Source: Candidatus Heimdallarchaeota archaeon (GTDB lineage: Archaea; Asgardarchaeota; Heimdallarchaeia; Hodarchaeales; Hodarchaeaceae). From it: a stretch of 64,000 nucleotides of DNA. The stretch is taken from assembly GCA_011364965.1 (NCBI GenBank), contig RDOB01000004.1, positions 32,001 to 96,000 on the forward strand, read 5' to 3'. The number at the start of each line of letters is the position of its first letter. The first letter of the stretch is position 1. The notes under the pieces were generated by a model. The model worked only from the letters and a program-made list of their open reading frames with translations, was not told the origin of the DNA and made no database searches. Positions 29,337-38,813 of the stretch are shown here, piece after piece. The translations under genes and the position numbers were made by a program.

Positions 29337-29626
29337 TAATTAATTTCTTGCCGTTTTTTCTGTAATAGTTTAAATTTTGAGAGAGATTCCTCTTCTTCCC
29401 AACTTTTTTCCTTAATTTCCAGCATAGAGGGGGTATATAATCCTAGCTGTATCGCTCTTACCAGATCTCTCTCAGTTTGTTCTATTTTTTCAATAAAACG
29501 AGTGTAAATGCGAGAAACGTTATTTTCATGAGAAATACCGTATTTTTGAGCTAACTCAGCATTTTTTTGATGTTCTAAAGCTTTTCCTTTCGCTATTTCC
29601 CATTCGATTTGTTTTATAGGAGCCAT
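29333..29626 (-). CDS. Small HTH-like protein
   Basis: KNAELAQKYGISHENNVSRIY helix-turn-helix-like segment; GAGG RBS. Confidence 0.55.
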   Translation of the reverse strand: MAPIKQIEWEIAKGKALEHQKNAELAQKYGISHENNVSRIYTRFIEKIEQTERDLVRAIQLGLYTPSMLEIKEKSWEEEESLSKFKLLQKKRQEINY

Positions 29627-29948
29627 TATTGTACCTCAAAAAAGAGTAATTGGAACAAAAATCCTGAATTAAACTTGAATACGCCTTCTTTATATTACAT
29701 TTATCTTTTCATTTATATTTTCTAGTGTTTCTGCAAAAGGATGAGATATTCCAACTTCTTCCTAATCAAAATAACAAGGGAAATTTTCTTTATTTTCTCA
29801 ACAATGGTGAGTCTAGAATGATATTTCAGAATGGATCAAGAAACTGAACTTGAATCAACTTATTCTTTAGTAGAAAAGGCTAAAGGTGGTAGTGAGAATA
29901 TCCCAAGTTTTAATAACCTTGGTTTTTTAAGGCTACACAGGGATATAT

Positions 29949-30356
29949 GTGGTTGGCACTGATTCTATAGAAAATATAGCTCGCGAAAGTTTTCGCAAAT
30001 GCCCCCCTGAATTAGCTTTCCGTTTTTATGGGAGTAATGGCAAAATTATAGCCTCAACATCAAATTTATCTGAATTAATCTCAACTCTTCCCGAAATCCC
30101 TGCTACGATAGCCCAATTCCATGTCTATCGAGAAACTACGCAAGGTATCTTTGATGAACCAGCAGAACTAGACGGACCTGTTGTACGTTCGGATCTTGCG
30201 CTTTGGATCAATTATGTGCTGGGAGATATAGAGCTCTCCCGTTGTGTATATGAACTAGGTAAGGAATTTGCCAATAATCCCGAAGAATTAAAGCAGAAAG
30301 TCATCGAAGTTTTGAAAGAACGCGAACAAGAGCTAATCAGACTTATTAAAGCATAA
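29949..30356 (+). CDS. DUF5752-like protein
   Basis: AFRFY...NLSEL...FHVYR...DLALWINYVLGDIELS pattern. Confidence 0.6.
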   Translation: MVGTDSIENIARESFRKCPPELAFRFYGSNGKIIASTSNLSELISTLPEIPATIAQFHVYRETTQGIFDEPAELDGPVVRSDLALWINYVLGDIELSRCVYELGKEFANNPEELKQKVIEVLKEREQELIRLIKA

Positions 30357-30369
30357 TGTGGACAATAGT

Positions 30370-30387
30370 GGAATGGAATTCCATTCC
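30370..30387. repeat. 18-bp perfect palindrome
   Basis: GGAATGGAATTCCATTCC, 14 bp after the DUF5752-like stop codon. Confidence 0.7.
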
Positions 30388-30487
30388 TTATCCATTTTGA
30401 ATAATTTTCAATAATTTTAATATTTAGCGATAATTAGCTATTATTAAACTGTAATTCCTTTTAATTCATTTAAGAGTCCGTGATATC

Positions 30488-31726
30488 ATGTTTATTAAAA
30501 AATACCTTCAACGAGACCCAAAGATTCAATTTACAAAGGCGCGTGAAGCATTCGATAGGGGCCAGTATGAAAAAGCGTCTAAAATGTATGAAAATGTTTA
30601 TTTAAAATTAGAAACGCTTGAAATGAGAATCATTTCTTTAGAAAATGCCGCAATTGCTGCAGAATTTGCAGAAAGATATGAACATTCACAATGGCTATAC
30701 CTTCAATTAATACTCTACAAGCTTGTAAATGGATATAAGACGACTAAGGAAATTCTAGGGGACTTAGATAAGGCAATTCAACTCACCAGATTCATACAAA
30801 AATCAGGGATTTCCGTAAATAAATTGAATTACATGAAATTCTTAATTTTTCTATCAGAGAAGCAGTTTGATAAGGTTTCTAATTTCTATGAACAAATCAA
30901 ATCTAATCCCGCAGATAAATATTCTAAAGCCATAGATGAAGCTTGGAATCTGATTTATTCTTATGAAACTTTCGAAGAGCAAGACCATCTTCCCCAATTA
31001 GACTTACCAGTAGAATTTGAGAGTATTTTTAGAGAAGCTGAAAAAGTAATGCAAAGATGTTCTCTTTGTGAAATCCACTTGTCTGTAGATGAAAATCAAA
31101 CTTTAGAAAAAGGAAGCAAATTTGAATTAGCATGCAAATTGACTGCTCATGCTCAAATCTCAATTCACGATATCAAATTAAAAACTGGAACACGAGGGCG
31201 CACGATTAGCAATACTCTACCTGATCTCCCATTGAAAATGAGTACTGGAGAGAATTATTCAATTATCTATATTTTAATCCCCAATCTTCCAGGCTCTTGG
31301 GAACTAGGTCCTTTGTCAGTAACTTATAATGTTCTTTCCGAGGAAGGCGAATACCCAACAGGATCTAAACCAATAGGTATTGATGTGAAAGAAGCTTCCC
31401 CCGAATTCAAAATTATCATGGAACCAGAAACTATAGAAGAAGATTTAGATTATATCATTAGGATTACCGCAGAAAATATCGGAAAGACCGTCCTCCAAGA
31501 TGTGAAAATTGTAATAGATACTCCTGAAACGGTTAAAATTACAGAAGGTACCAATGAAAAGTACTTAAGCACATTAGTTGAAGGAGAGAAATTTTCTTAT
31601 GAAATTAGAATTCAATTTGCTCTTGATAAAACCCATTTCGAGGGTAACATTATAAGAGTAAATGGCTACATTGGGGAAAATATTAGACTAGCTAAGACTT
31701 CCTTAAAAATTGGAGGAAAAAATTAA
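30488..31726 (+). CDS. TPR-like alpha-solenoid + two Ig-like (CARDB/BatD-type) domains
   Basis: AREAFDRGQYEKASKMYE TPR-like start; PNLPGSWELGPLSVTY and ITAENIGKTVLQDVKI...LVEGE Ig-like strands; no signal peptide. Confidence 0.6.
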   Translation: MFIKKYLQRDPKIQFTKAREAFDRGQYEKASKMYENVYLKLETLEMRIISLENAAIAAEFAERYEHSQWLYLQLILYKLVNGYKTTKEILGDLDKAIQLTRFIQKSGISVNKLNYMKFLIFLSEKQFDKVSNFYEQIKSNPADKYSKAIDEAWNLIYSYETFEEQDHLPQLDLPVEFESIFREAEKVMQRCSLCEIHLSVDENQTLEKGSKFELACKLTAHAQISIHDIKLKTGTRGRTISNTLPDLPLKMSTGENYSIIYILIPNLPGSWELGPLSVTYNVLSEEGEYPTGSKPIGIDVKEASPEFKIIMEPETIEEDLDYIIRITAENIGKTVLQDVKIVIDTPETVKITEGTNEKYLSTLVEGEKFSYEIRIQFALDKTHFEGNIIRVNGYIGENIRLAKTSLKIGGKN

Positions 31727-31784
31727 AAATAATAAAAATTGCACTACGTAGTTAAAATTTGTCATGAAAAAATAGGCTTATAAT

Positions 31785-32054
31785 TTATTGGAATCGTCGG
31801 AGAGCCATCATTTCGCCTTTAAGACGGTTAGCATTTGCAGAATATAATGTTTGTCTCATATCCTTGAGACACGGGCGTCTCTCAACAAAATCATCATCCA
31901 ATAGCCTTTTCAAAGCGTATCTAACAGAACGGGTGGAACAAGAAACGCGTGTGACTATTTCCTTCGAACTCAGAGGTCCTTCTTCCACAATAACGTTGAA
32001 TACCTTTTTACATGACTCTGGTAATTCTATTTCTTCTAAAATTGTCTCAGTCAT
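31785..32054 (-). CDS. Small archaeal winged-helix (MarR-like) transcription regulator
   Basis: LPESCKKVF...GPLSSKEI...STRSVRYALKRL...DMRQTLY. Confidence 0.82.
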   Translation of the reverse strand: MTETILEEIELPESCKKVFNVIVEEGPLSSKEIVTRVSCSTRSVRYALKRLLDDDFVERRPCLKDMRQTLYSANANRLKGEMMALRRFQ

Positions 32055-32158
32055 GCCCTAGTTTCTCCAAGCAAATTTACATTTATTCCTCTTTTTAATA
32101 GTCTTGGGTATATGCAAATATTAAAGAAAAAAATTAAGAAAAATGAAATTAATTACAA

Positions 32159-34330
32159 CTATGTAGGTCTAAGACCTAATCGAGTAATAAATGTTGAATA
32201 GAAAGCAAAACAATCAACTGATTCTTTTTCGTCTAATGTTACTGAAGAATGGACAATTCGATTTCTAAGATTTCTGAAATGAGTTATTTTTTTATCACTG
32301 GGAAGATCAAAACCTCGTTTACGTAATTCATGCACTTGAAGTTGAAATATAGGTTTTAATTGGCCAGAACTTGAAACAATTTGTTGATAGCGCGTAGAGA
32401 GCAAATTTTTGACTGCAGCGTCTGCTTTAATGACAAACAATTCAAAATTATCTTCTTTGAAAGCATGTTTAGCTTGATTCCATAAAACACGAACATAATT
32501 GATATTCTTCTCTGCCTGTTCAGGTTCAAGAATTGAACTAGGGACTTCATTGTCTACTTTTTCTTGATAGTCGTGGACAACAAAGTTGATTCGATCTATC
32601 ACCTGACTATAACTTAAATAAGAAGAGAGATTTATAAAAATCACTGGAATAAGAAGTAGGATTGTAGGAGCAGCAAGTATAAAAAAAGCTGTTGCCACAT
32701 TTGGTAAATAATAAGGAAGTAGGAAATCTGAAAATAATATTAAACTTATTAAATTCACAAAATTAAGTATTAATAATCCTAAAAAGGGGAATAACACCCA
32801 TTCTATTCGTCTTAATATTCGTTTTGAGACTATAAGGGTTTCATTTTCAGATGATTCAATAAAATTCAGCAAAGCATAAGTACGGAACGGTACACTAGGG
32901 ATTCTTACAAGGATTGATTCACTAGGAACTTCTTTGATGCTAAAGACGCCACGGAAGCTATATTTAATAAATTTAAAAGTTTCTTTCAATGATAATGAAA
33001 ATTCCCATTGGCTTACAGGCCCATGTATTCGATAGAGTTTCCCCTGAGTATCCAGATATACTAAATATAAAGGAAAGGCTATAATGGTAATAAATGTTAT
33101 AATTGAACCTAGAACATTCCAGGCAAAAAGTGGTGGGATATGATAGTCGAAATGAACAAAAAATTGACCTACACTGGAAGATTCAGGAGATATCACCAAA
33201 TAATACAATCCCGAGTCAACTGCGTCTAATAATATCTCAAAATTTTTATCTATTGTTTGTAAAGCCTCGTAGCCAGTATATAATGGATTTGAATTCTGTT
33301 TTCCTTCATCGAAGATTTCTACTGTGGCAAATTCCAGTATTTTTGCATCAGTAGTATTTGGACCAAATACATGAATAAATACATCTGATCTGCTAGTGTT
33401 TACATAAAACCAAAAAAAATACACTCTTCGAGGAGTAAAACCCTGAACTTGTCTAATTGATAGAGTATGATTATAAGGCAATTCAATTGCAGTTTCAAAA
33501 CTATAACCAAATCCTTCAGACGTTATAGAGATATTATATATCCCAATTGGTGATGTGTCTGCTGGTTTATGTCGAATTTTAATAAAATATTGATCAGAAA
33601 CACTTGGATTCCAAGAATAATTAAAAGATCCGCTAATCTCGGTTTCGGTTAGAACTGGATTTTGAGGATAAAGTTCACGGTAAATCGTGATTTTTGCTTC
33701 AAATAGTACCGCAGGGGTTATTTCTCTCAATGAGAGTGTACTATTCTGATTTTCGTCTAAACTTACTTTCCAGTAGTGGGTTTCATGATCAATTGAAAAA
33801 TTTGCTTGAAATTGCGATTCATCGATGGCTAGTGCAGAGACTTCATTGAAACCACTCGAAGGGATCGTTGCTAGAATTGAATAGGAATAATTCTCTGATT
33901 TATCAGGACGAATGTCATCAAGTTGTATTCTCCAATCACCAACAATAGATACTTGCCACATCCCAAGATATTTGCTAGGGTGTATAATTTGTACATCTTC
34001 ATTGTCTAATTTAATATTAGAAGGATTATATAGAGATACATTAATTCCAGATCTTGGAATGATGGAAAAATAAACTAATTGACCTCTATTGAGATCTTGA
34101 AGAATCCAATTGTGAGTGTGGGATTCATTTGTGAACTCATTAGATTGAGAAATTGAATCTGTTAAAAAAAAGGTATTATTATCATCTTGGATCGTTTTAG
34201 GCATTATAAGTAATGAAGAGGGAGGTTCTAGAAAATTCTGACTTGAACTAAAATCATTAGTTTCAAATAAAAAGCTTGAAATTATAAGACAAAGAAAGAG
34301 TGATAATAAGAACGCTTTTAGTGGTTTCAT
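32159..34330 (-). CDS. Receptor-like membrane protein: signal peptide, PPC-like beta-sandwich repeats, 3 TM, C-terminal HEPN-like domain
   Basis: Hydrophobic N-terminus; repeated 'FSIDHETHYWKV', 'SDQYFIKI', 'SGLYYLVI' modules; TMs near aa 404-426, 511-534, 545-570; C-terminal RNLRNRIVH (RxxxxH). Confidence 0.65.
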   Translation of the reverse strand: MKPLKAFLLSLFLCLIISSFLFETNDFSSSQNFLEPPSSLLIMPKTIQDDNNTFFLTDSISQSNEFTNESHTHNWILQDLNRGQLVYFSIIPRSGINVSLYNPSNIKLDNEDVQIIHPSKYLGMWQVSIVGDWRIQLDDIRPDKSENYSYSILATIPSSGFNEVSALAIDESQFQANFSIDHETHYWKVSLDENQNSTLSLREITPAVLFEAKITIYRELYPQNPVLTETEISGSFNYSWNPSVSDQYFIKIRHKPADTSPIGIYNISITSEGFGYSFETAIELPYNHTLSIRQVQGFTPRRVYFFWFYVNTSRSDVFIHVFGPNTTDAKILEFATVEIFDEGKQNSNPLYTGYEALQTIDKNFEILLDAVDSGLYYLVISPESSSVGQFFVHFDYHIPPLFAWNVLGSIITFITIIAFPLYLVYLDTQGKLYRIHGPVSQWEFSLSLKETFKFIKYSFRGVFSIKEVPSESILVRIPSVPFRTYALLNFIESSENETLIVSKRILRRIEWVLFPFLGLLILNFVNLISLILFSDFLLPYYLPNVATAFFILAAPTILLLIPVIFINLSSYLSYSQVIDRINFVVHDYQEKVDNEVPSSILEPEQAEKNINYVRVLWNQAKHAFKEDNFELFVIKADAAVKNLLSTRYQQIVSSSGQLKPIFQLQVHELRKRGFDLPSDKKITHFRNLRNRIVHSSVTLDEKESVDCFAFYSTFITRLGLRPT

Positions 34331-34521
34331 AATTTTTCCTTCGCTTACATGATCCGCTAGAAAAAAACCTTGAACCTTTTTTTAAATCTGAAATTATCTA
34401 TAACCAATTTTATATATTTATATAATAAATTTACCTAATTAATTGATAGCTTTTGGAGGGATTTTCCCGTTTGAATAATTTTATTAGCCCCGTCCAAGGT
34501 TTATATAAGTGAGGAAAAAGG

Positions 34522-35151
34522 TTGAACCAAAATATTCGAGTTTTTAAAAAGAGACTTCAGATTGCAGAAAAGAAATGGAATGCAGTTCAAGCTCAATCAA
34601 TCAAAGCCATAAATACAATACTTGGGACTTTATCTAGATTAAATCTAATCCAACAAAGAGGTGCTTTTTCGGAGGATCTACTCGCAAAATTTCCTGATGT
34701 TCCTGAAAGAATATCCTTTCACCTGGCAGAATTGATAAATAAGAGCATTCATGATTTGAATATATACTTAAGTCAATTAAACGAAATTGTTAATGAAATG
34801 CGCAAAATAGAAGAGCAATTTCGGCAAGACTATTTATTAATAATCAAAACACAATATTCGGAGGGTAATCAATCCTGGTCACATGATCTGGAAACTCTTG
34901 AACAAGCAGAGAGGACTTTTCAAGAAATTGTTGATATGTATGATCGCGAATTATCACTCAGGAAAGAAATACTTAGCACAACTCAAAATAGCTCCTTATT
35001 TCAACCGAATTCACTAATAATCTATCTAACATTGTGGGCAGGAGAGATATATATTGAACATAACCGAATTCATGAATTAATTGAAGAATTCATGCAAGCA
35101 GAAAAGGTTTGTGAGAGAGTTCTCCAGTCTCAAGATTCGATGAGTCCTTAA
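34522..35151 (+). CDS. CINP/C1orf109-like helical protein
   Basis: KKWNAVQAQSIKAIN, LAKFPDVPERI, MYDRELSLRKEI, YLTLWAGEIYIE. Confidence 0.6.
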   Translation: MNQNIRVFKKRLQIAEKKWNAVQAQSIKAINTILGTLSRLNLIQQRGAFSEDLLAKFPDVPERISFHLAELINKSIHDLNIYLSQLNEIVNEMRKIEEQFRQDYLLIIKTQYSEGNQSWSHDLETLEQAERTFQEIVDMYDRELSLRKEILSTTQNSSLFQPNSLIIYLTLWAGEIYIEHNRIHELIEEFMQAEKVCERVLQSQDSMSP

Positions 35152-35177
35152 TTATGAAAAGTTCTTCTGGAATTAAA

Positions 35178-36590
35178 TTAGCTTGCATGAAAGTCGGTAG
35201 TATTTAATATAGAGTCTATTGTACCATTTTGTTGAGCTTGAACGAGTAAAGCTTGAATTTTATCATTGATTGAATATTCTGGTTCTCCCTTTTCTAATAA
35301 TCCCTTGACAAGCTTCATTGAAAGGGCTAAATCTGTTTTTGCAAGATTTTCATTTCCAGCTTTACATATTGCTACTCCTCTTACAGAGGTATTTGCAGGA
35401 CCCATGACGGATGTGAAAACACATCTTTTGTCGCCAGCTGTTAGATGGTCAGGAGTGTGTCCGATCAAATCAGAACTCATTGACTGAATTGCGGAAAATA
35501 GTCCAGTATATAGACAAACTTCTTGTCCCGCAGGTCTATGACTTGCAAATAGAGGTAAACCTCCATCATCAAAGATATAAACCTCTGATTCCGAAAAAAT
35601 TTTACCAAGAATACGAAAACGTTCATCTTCTTCAGTAGCATCGAAAAGATCTCTTTTTCTCTCATTTATTGGGGAAATATAGTCGTCTCCATAGTTTGCT
35701 GACTGATTTAAGAAATTTAATGATGCAGATTTTGGGAAAACGTCATCTATAGAGTTAAGGTCTGTTATTATCAACAAAGAGGTGAAACTAGAAATTTGGG
35801 GGTTAACAATATTATTTAGGTATATTTCAAACTCATCTCCAAACGACTTGGCAACTTTTTTGGATATCAAATTTAAATCATGTAGATTAAGAGGAGAAGA
35901 AGAGCTGATAGAAATAAAAATTGCTTCAAGAGATTCAAGTTCCTCTGGCATAGAAGTAACCAATTTTTCTCCAATTTGATTAATTGAAGCCTCTAATGCA
36001 CTCTCAGCGTCTTTAGCGGCAGAAATTCCATAATATAAGCTTTTGGATGCTCCAAACAAACACATCAAATCAGGAAATGAAACACCGGGATTTAAAGAAG
36101 GAGTCAAGCTGGATAACACACAATCTATGAATATTAGATAATTCCATTTACCATTTTCATCAGAAAAGTCAAAATTAAAGTAATTGGGACCAAAAAGCTT
36201 TCGTTTCTGAGGGTTTGGATTTTTGGATACATCAATAAACAGAGGAATCGAACCAGAAAACTTTATAGAGCCAGAAATTCCCCCAAGAGCTCTTAATGTT
36301 CCTTCGTCGGAAGAATTAAAAATAAAGATTAGAAAATAGGAATTTAAAAGACTTTGGATCTGAGATAATGTTGTAACTGAATCAAAAGTCACGACTTGAT
36401 CACATATTGTATCTCCAATTGCTGTTGGAGTTAATAACAAGAGAGGAAGCCGAGATTCATCTCGGGCCGATAGATAATCATGTACGATTTTCATCTCGTT
36501 TGATAGATTATCACCAATAAATACAATTTTACCACGTGGCCTGATGTATTCAAGAAAAGGATTATTTTCAGCGATTAAACTTGTATTCAT
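35178..36590 (-). CDS. Degenerate FtsZ/tubulin-like domain + C-terminal longin-like domain
   Basis: VSFPDLMCLF...YYGISA...AIFISISSSSPLNLHDLNLISKKV...IVNP...LLIITDL follows the FtsZ C-terminal domain; EVYIFDDGGLPLF...LYTGLFSAIQSMSSDL longin-like. Confidence 0.65.
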   Translation of the reverse strand: MNTSLIAENNPFLEYIRPRGKIVFIGDNLSNEMKIVHDYLSARDESRLPLLLLTPTAIGDTICDQVVTFDSVTTLSQIQSLLNSYFLIFIFNSSDEGTLRALGGISGSIKFSGSIPLFIDVSKNPNPQKRKLFGPNYFNFDFSDENGKWNYLIFIDCVLSSLTPSLNPGVSFPDLMCLFGASKSLYYGISAAKDAESALEASINQIGEKLVTSMPEELESLEAIFISISSSSPLNLHDLNLISKKVAKSFGDEFEIYLNNIVNPQISSFTSLLIITDLNSIDDVFPKSASLNFLNQSANYGDDYISPINERKRDLFDATEEDERFRILGKIFSESEVYIFDDGGLPLFASHRPAGQEVCLYTGLFSAIQSMSSDLIGHTPDHLTAGDKRCVFTSVMGPANTSVRGVAICKAGNENLAKTDLALSMKLVKGLLEKGEPEYSINDKIQALLVQAQQNGTIDSILNTTDFHAS

Positions 36591-36974
36591 CTCTCATTAA
36601 TCCAGCTATATCACTTATAAATCCAGATAAATGGATGGTTGTGTAAACCAAGTATACATAAATAGAATTCCCTTAATGACTCTTCAATTCCCGTATTATT
36701 GTCATGATACTCGTGAAATACTTTCAGAAATCTACGGGGGGTAATAGCTAGAATAATTCCTGAAACCTAGAAGAAACTAAAAATTAACATATTGCTGTAG
36801 TAATAAACAACATGATCATTTTAAGCTAATTCTTTTTTTGAAATTTAATTAGAGATACGAAAATTAATAGAAGTATTTTGAATGCACCTAAATAAAAAGC
36901 GAACCTCATTGAATCTCATGGTTAATCTGAATCAATTGATCATTGAGTAATATTCGCGCTTAGAGAGTTATTTT

Positions 36975-38813
36975 ATGGATTTTGAAGTCATTAAGACGGA
37001 AGGTTGGGGAAAATTAGGTAAATTGAATAATGATGTCGAGATACTTACTCCCAATATTATTGATACATCTTTGTTTAAAGGAAGTAAAAATAAAGGATTA
37101 TCTTTTGAATGTATAAGCTATCCTTCTTTACAAAATCAGGGTAAGGATATTAATTCTATAAAATCCTTTTATGATTTATTTCCTAAAGATTTCAATGAGA
37201 ACCATAAATTCAATTTTGATTTTCACATTATACCTTGGGATTTACCAACTATTTATCTTGGAAATATTAAATCCTATTTAGAGAAAATTAGAGCATTAGA
37301 AATTAAAGAGAATGCAGAAGAACCAAATAAATTTTTCGTTGTGAACATTCCATACAGAAAATCAAAAGAGAATATCTTTGAATTATTAAAGCAATCAAAA
37401 CTTATCAAAGGAGTAATTCTCGGAGATATTTCATCCTTCTTGACAAATCCCATCAATTTACTACATTATATCAAATGGGTTAACCCTTGGGCTCAGAATG
37501 ATAAAATATTTCTAGCTTCGGGTGTACCAAAAAGCTTTATCCCTTTATTATCCTATTTGGGAATAGATATCTTTGATACAATGTATCTAGAAATGCAATC
37601 AATCACAAATTTTCCTAATTTAGAGTTATTACTTGAATTAAAACAATCCAAAGAATCTATTCTTGAAACAATACATCATACTCAAGAAGCATTAAGATTG
37701 GGCAAATTACGGGATTTAGTAAGGATTTATGCTAATTCCTTTCCTCCATTAAAAACAATTCTAAGATTGATTGACAAAGAATTAAACCTAGAGTTAGGGA
37801 ATGCCTTATATACATCTAGTACGCTTTATTGTACAGATGAAACAGATTTTACAAGGCCTGAAGTGACACGATTTCGAAAGAGAATAAAAGAACGATATTT
37901 CCCTCCGGATTATTTAGCTGGAATAATTTTCCTTCCTTGTTCTGCTAAAAAACCCTACTCTCAATCAAGATCTCATCAGATGTTCCAAGCCAGTATTCGA
38001 AAACGGATAAAAAGAAAACGCCATCTTATTCATGAAGTTATAATTACGAGCCCTCTTGGCATTGTTCCTCGTGAATTGGAGTATACATTTCCCGCGGCCC
38101 ACTACGATATTCCTGTAACAGGTGATTGGAGTGAGATTGAAAGAAATTTGTTAAAAGAGGATATAACAAACTTTTTGGGAAAAATCAACCCAAATCTGCC
38201 AATAGTAGGATATGTTGAGGGACCTGAGAAGGAAGTATTGGATTCTATCTCTAAAAAGGTAAATAGACCAATGTATCTTGTTTCAGAAGATTACAAATCA
38301 TTAACTTCGAAAGGTGCTTTATCGGAGTTTTCTACCTTATTAGCTGATGCATTCGAAAATATATCCCTAATAAAAGTCGAAGATCAGACAATACGCTTCC
38401 TTAAGGCGATTGCAGACTTCCAATTTGGTAAAGGAGTAGGAAAACAGCTTTTCTCAGGAAATATCAACATATTTGGAAGAAAGGAATTAGGGTTACGGGT
38501 TAAGAGAAACGAAGAGCATCTGGTTACATTCAACCCAGTTAACGGATTTCTAACACTTTCATTACAAGCAGCGAACTTAATATTAGACAAAACTCCCAAT
38601 ATAGTGGTTTTTGATGGAGAAAAAATAATTGGATCAACAATATTCTCAAAAGGAATTATAGAAGCTAATTCAGAGATACGATCTGGAGATGAAGTCATTG
38701 TATTAAATTCTAATAGACAGATTATTGGTGTGGGGACATCTTACCTTGCTGGAGACTTATTAGTGAGAATGAAGAAAGGAAAGGGAATTTCCATAAGAAA
38801 AAAGGTGAAATGA
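36975..38813 (+). CDS. arcS: Archaeosine synthase subunit alpha (ArcS/TgtA2) with PUA domain
   Basis: LPCSAKKPYSQSRSH, TSPLGIVPRELE, PAAHYDIPVTGDW, IADFQFG, C-terminal PUA (IRSGDEV). Confidence 0.92.
   Translation: MDFEVIKTEGWGKLGKLNNDVEILTPNIIDTSLFKGSKNKGLSFECISYPSLQNQGKDINSIKSFYDLFPKDFNENHKFNFDFHIIPWDLPTIYLGNIKSYLEKIRALEIKENAEEPNKFFVVNIPYRKSKENIFELLKQSKLIKGVILGDISSFLTNPINLLHYIKWVNPWAQNDKIFLASGVPKSFIPLLSYLGIDIFDTMYLEMQSITNFPNLELLLELKQSKESILETIHHTQEALRLGKLRDLVRIYANSFPPLKTILRLIDKELNLELGNALYTSSTLYCTDETDFTRPEVTRFRKRIKERYFPPDYLAGIIFLPCSAKKPYSQSRSHQMFQASIRKRIKRKRHLIHEVIITSPLGIVPRELEYTFPAAHYDIPVTGDWSEIERNLLKEDITNFLGKINPNLPIVGYVEGPEKEVLDSISKKVNRPMYLVSEDYKSLTSKGALSEFSTLLADAFENISLIKVEDQTIRFLKAIADFQFGKGVGKQLFSGNINIFGRKELGLRVKRNEEHLVTFNPVNGFLTLSLQAANLILDKTPNIVVFDGEKIIGSTIFSKGIIEANSEIRSGDEVIVLNSNRQIIGVGTSYLAGDLLVRMKKGKGISIRKKVK

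Noticed and set aside
36690-36770. C/D box sRNA (ATGATA...CTGA)
   Set aside because: Box C is non-consensus and no clear C'/D' pair; the similar ATGATGA near 48944 lacks a CTGA box D
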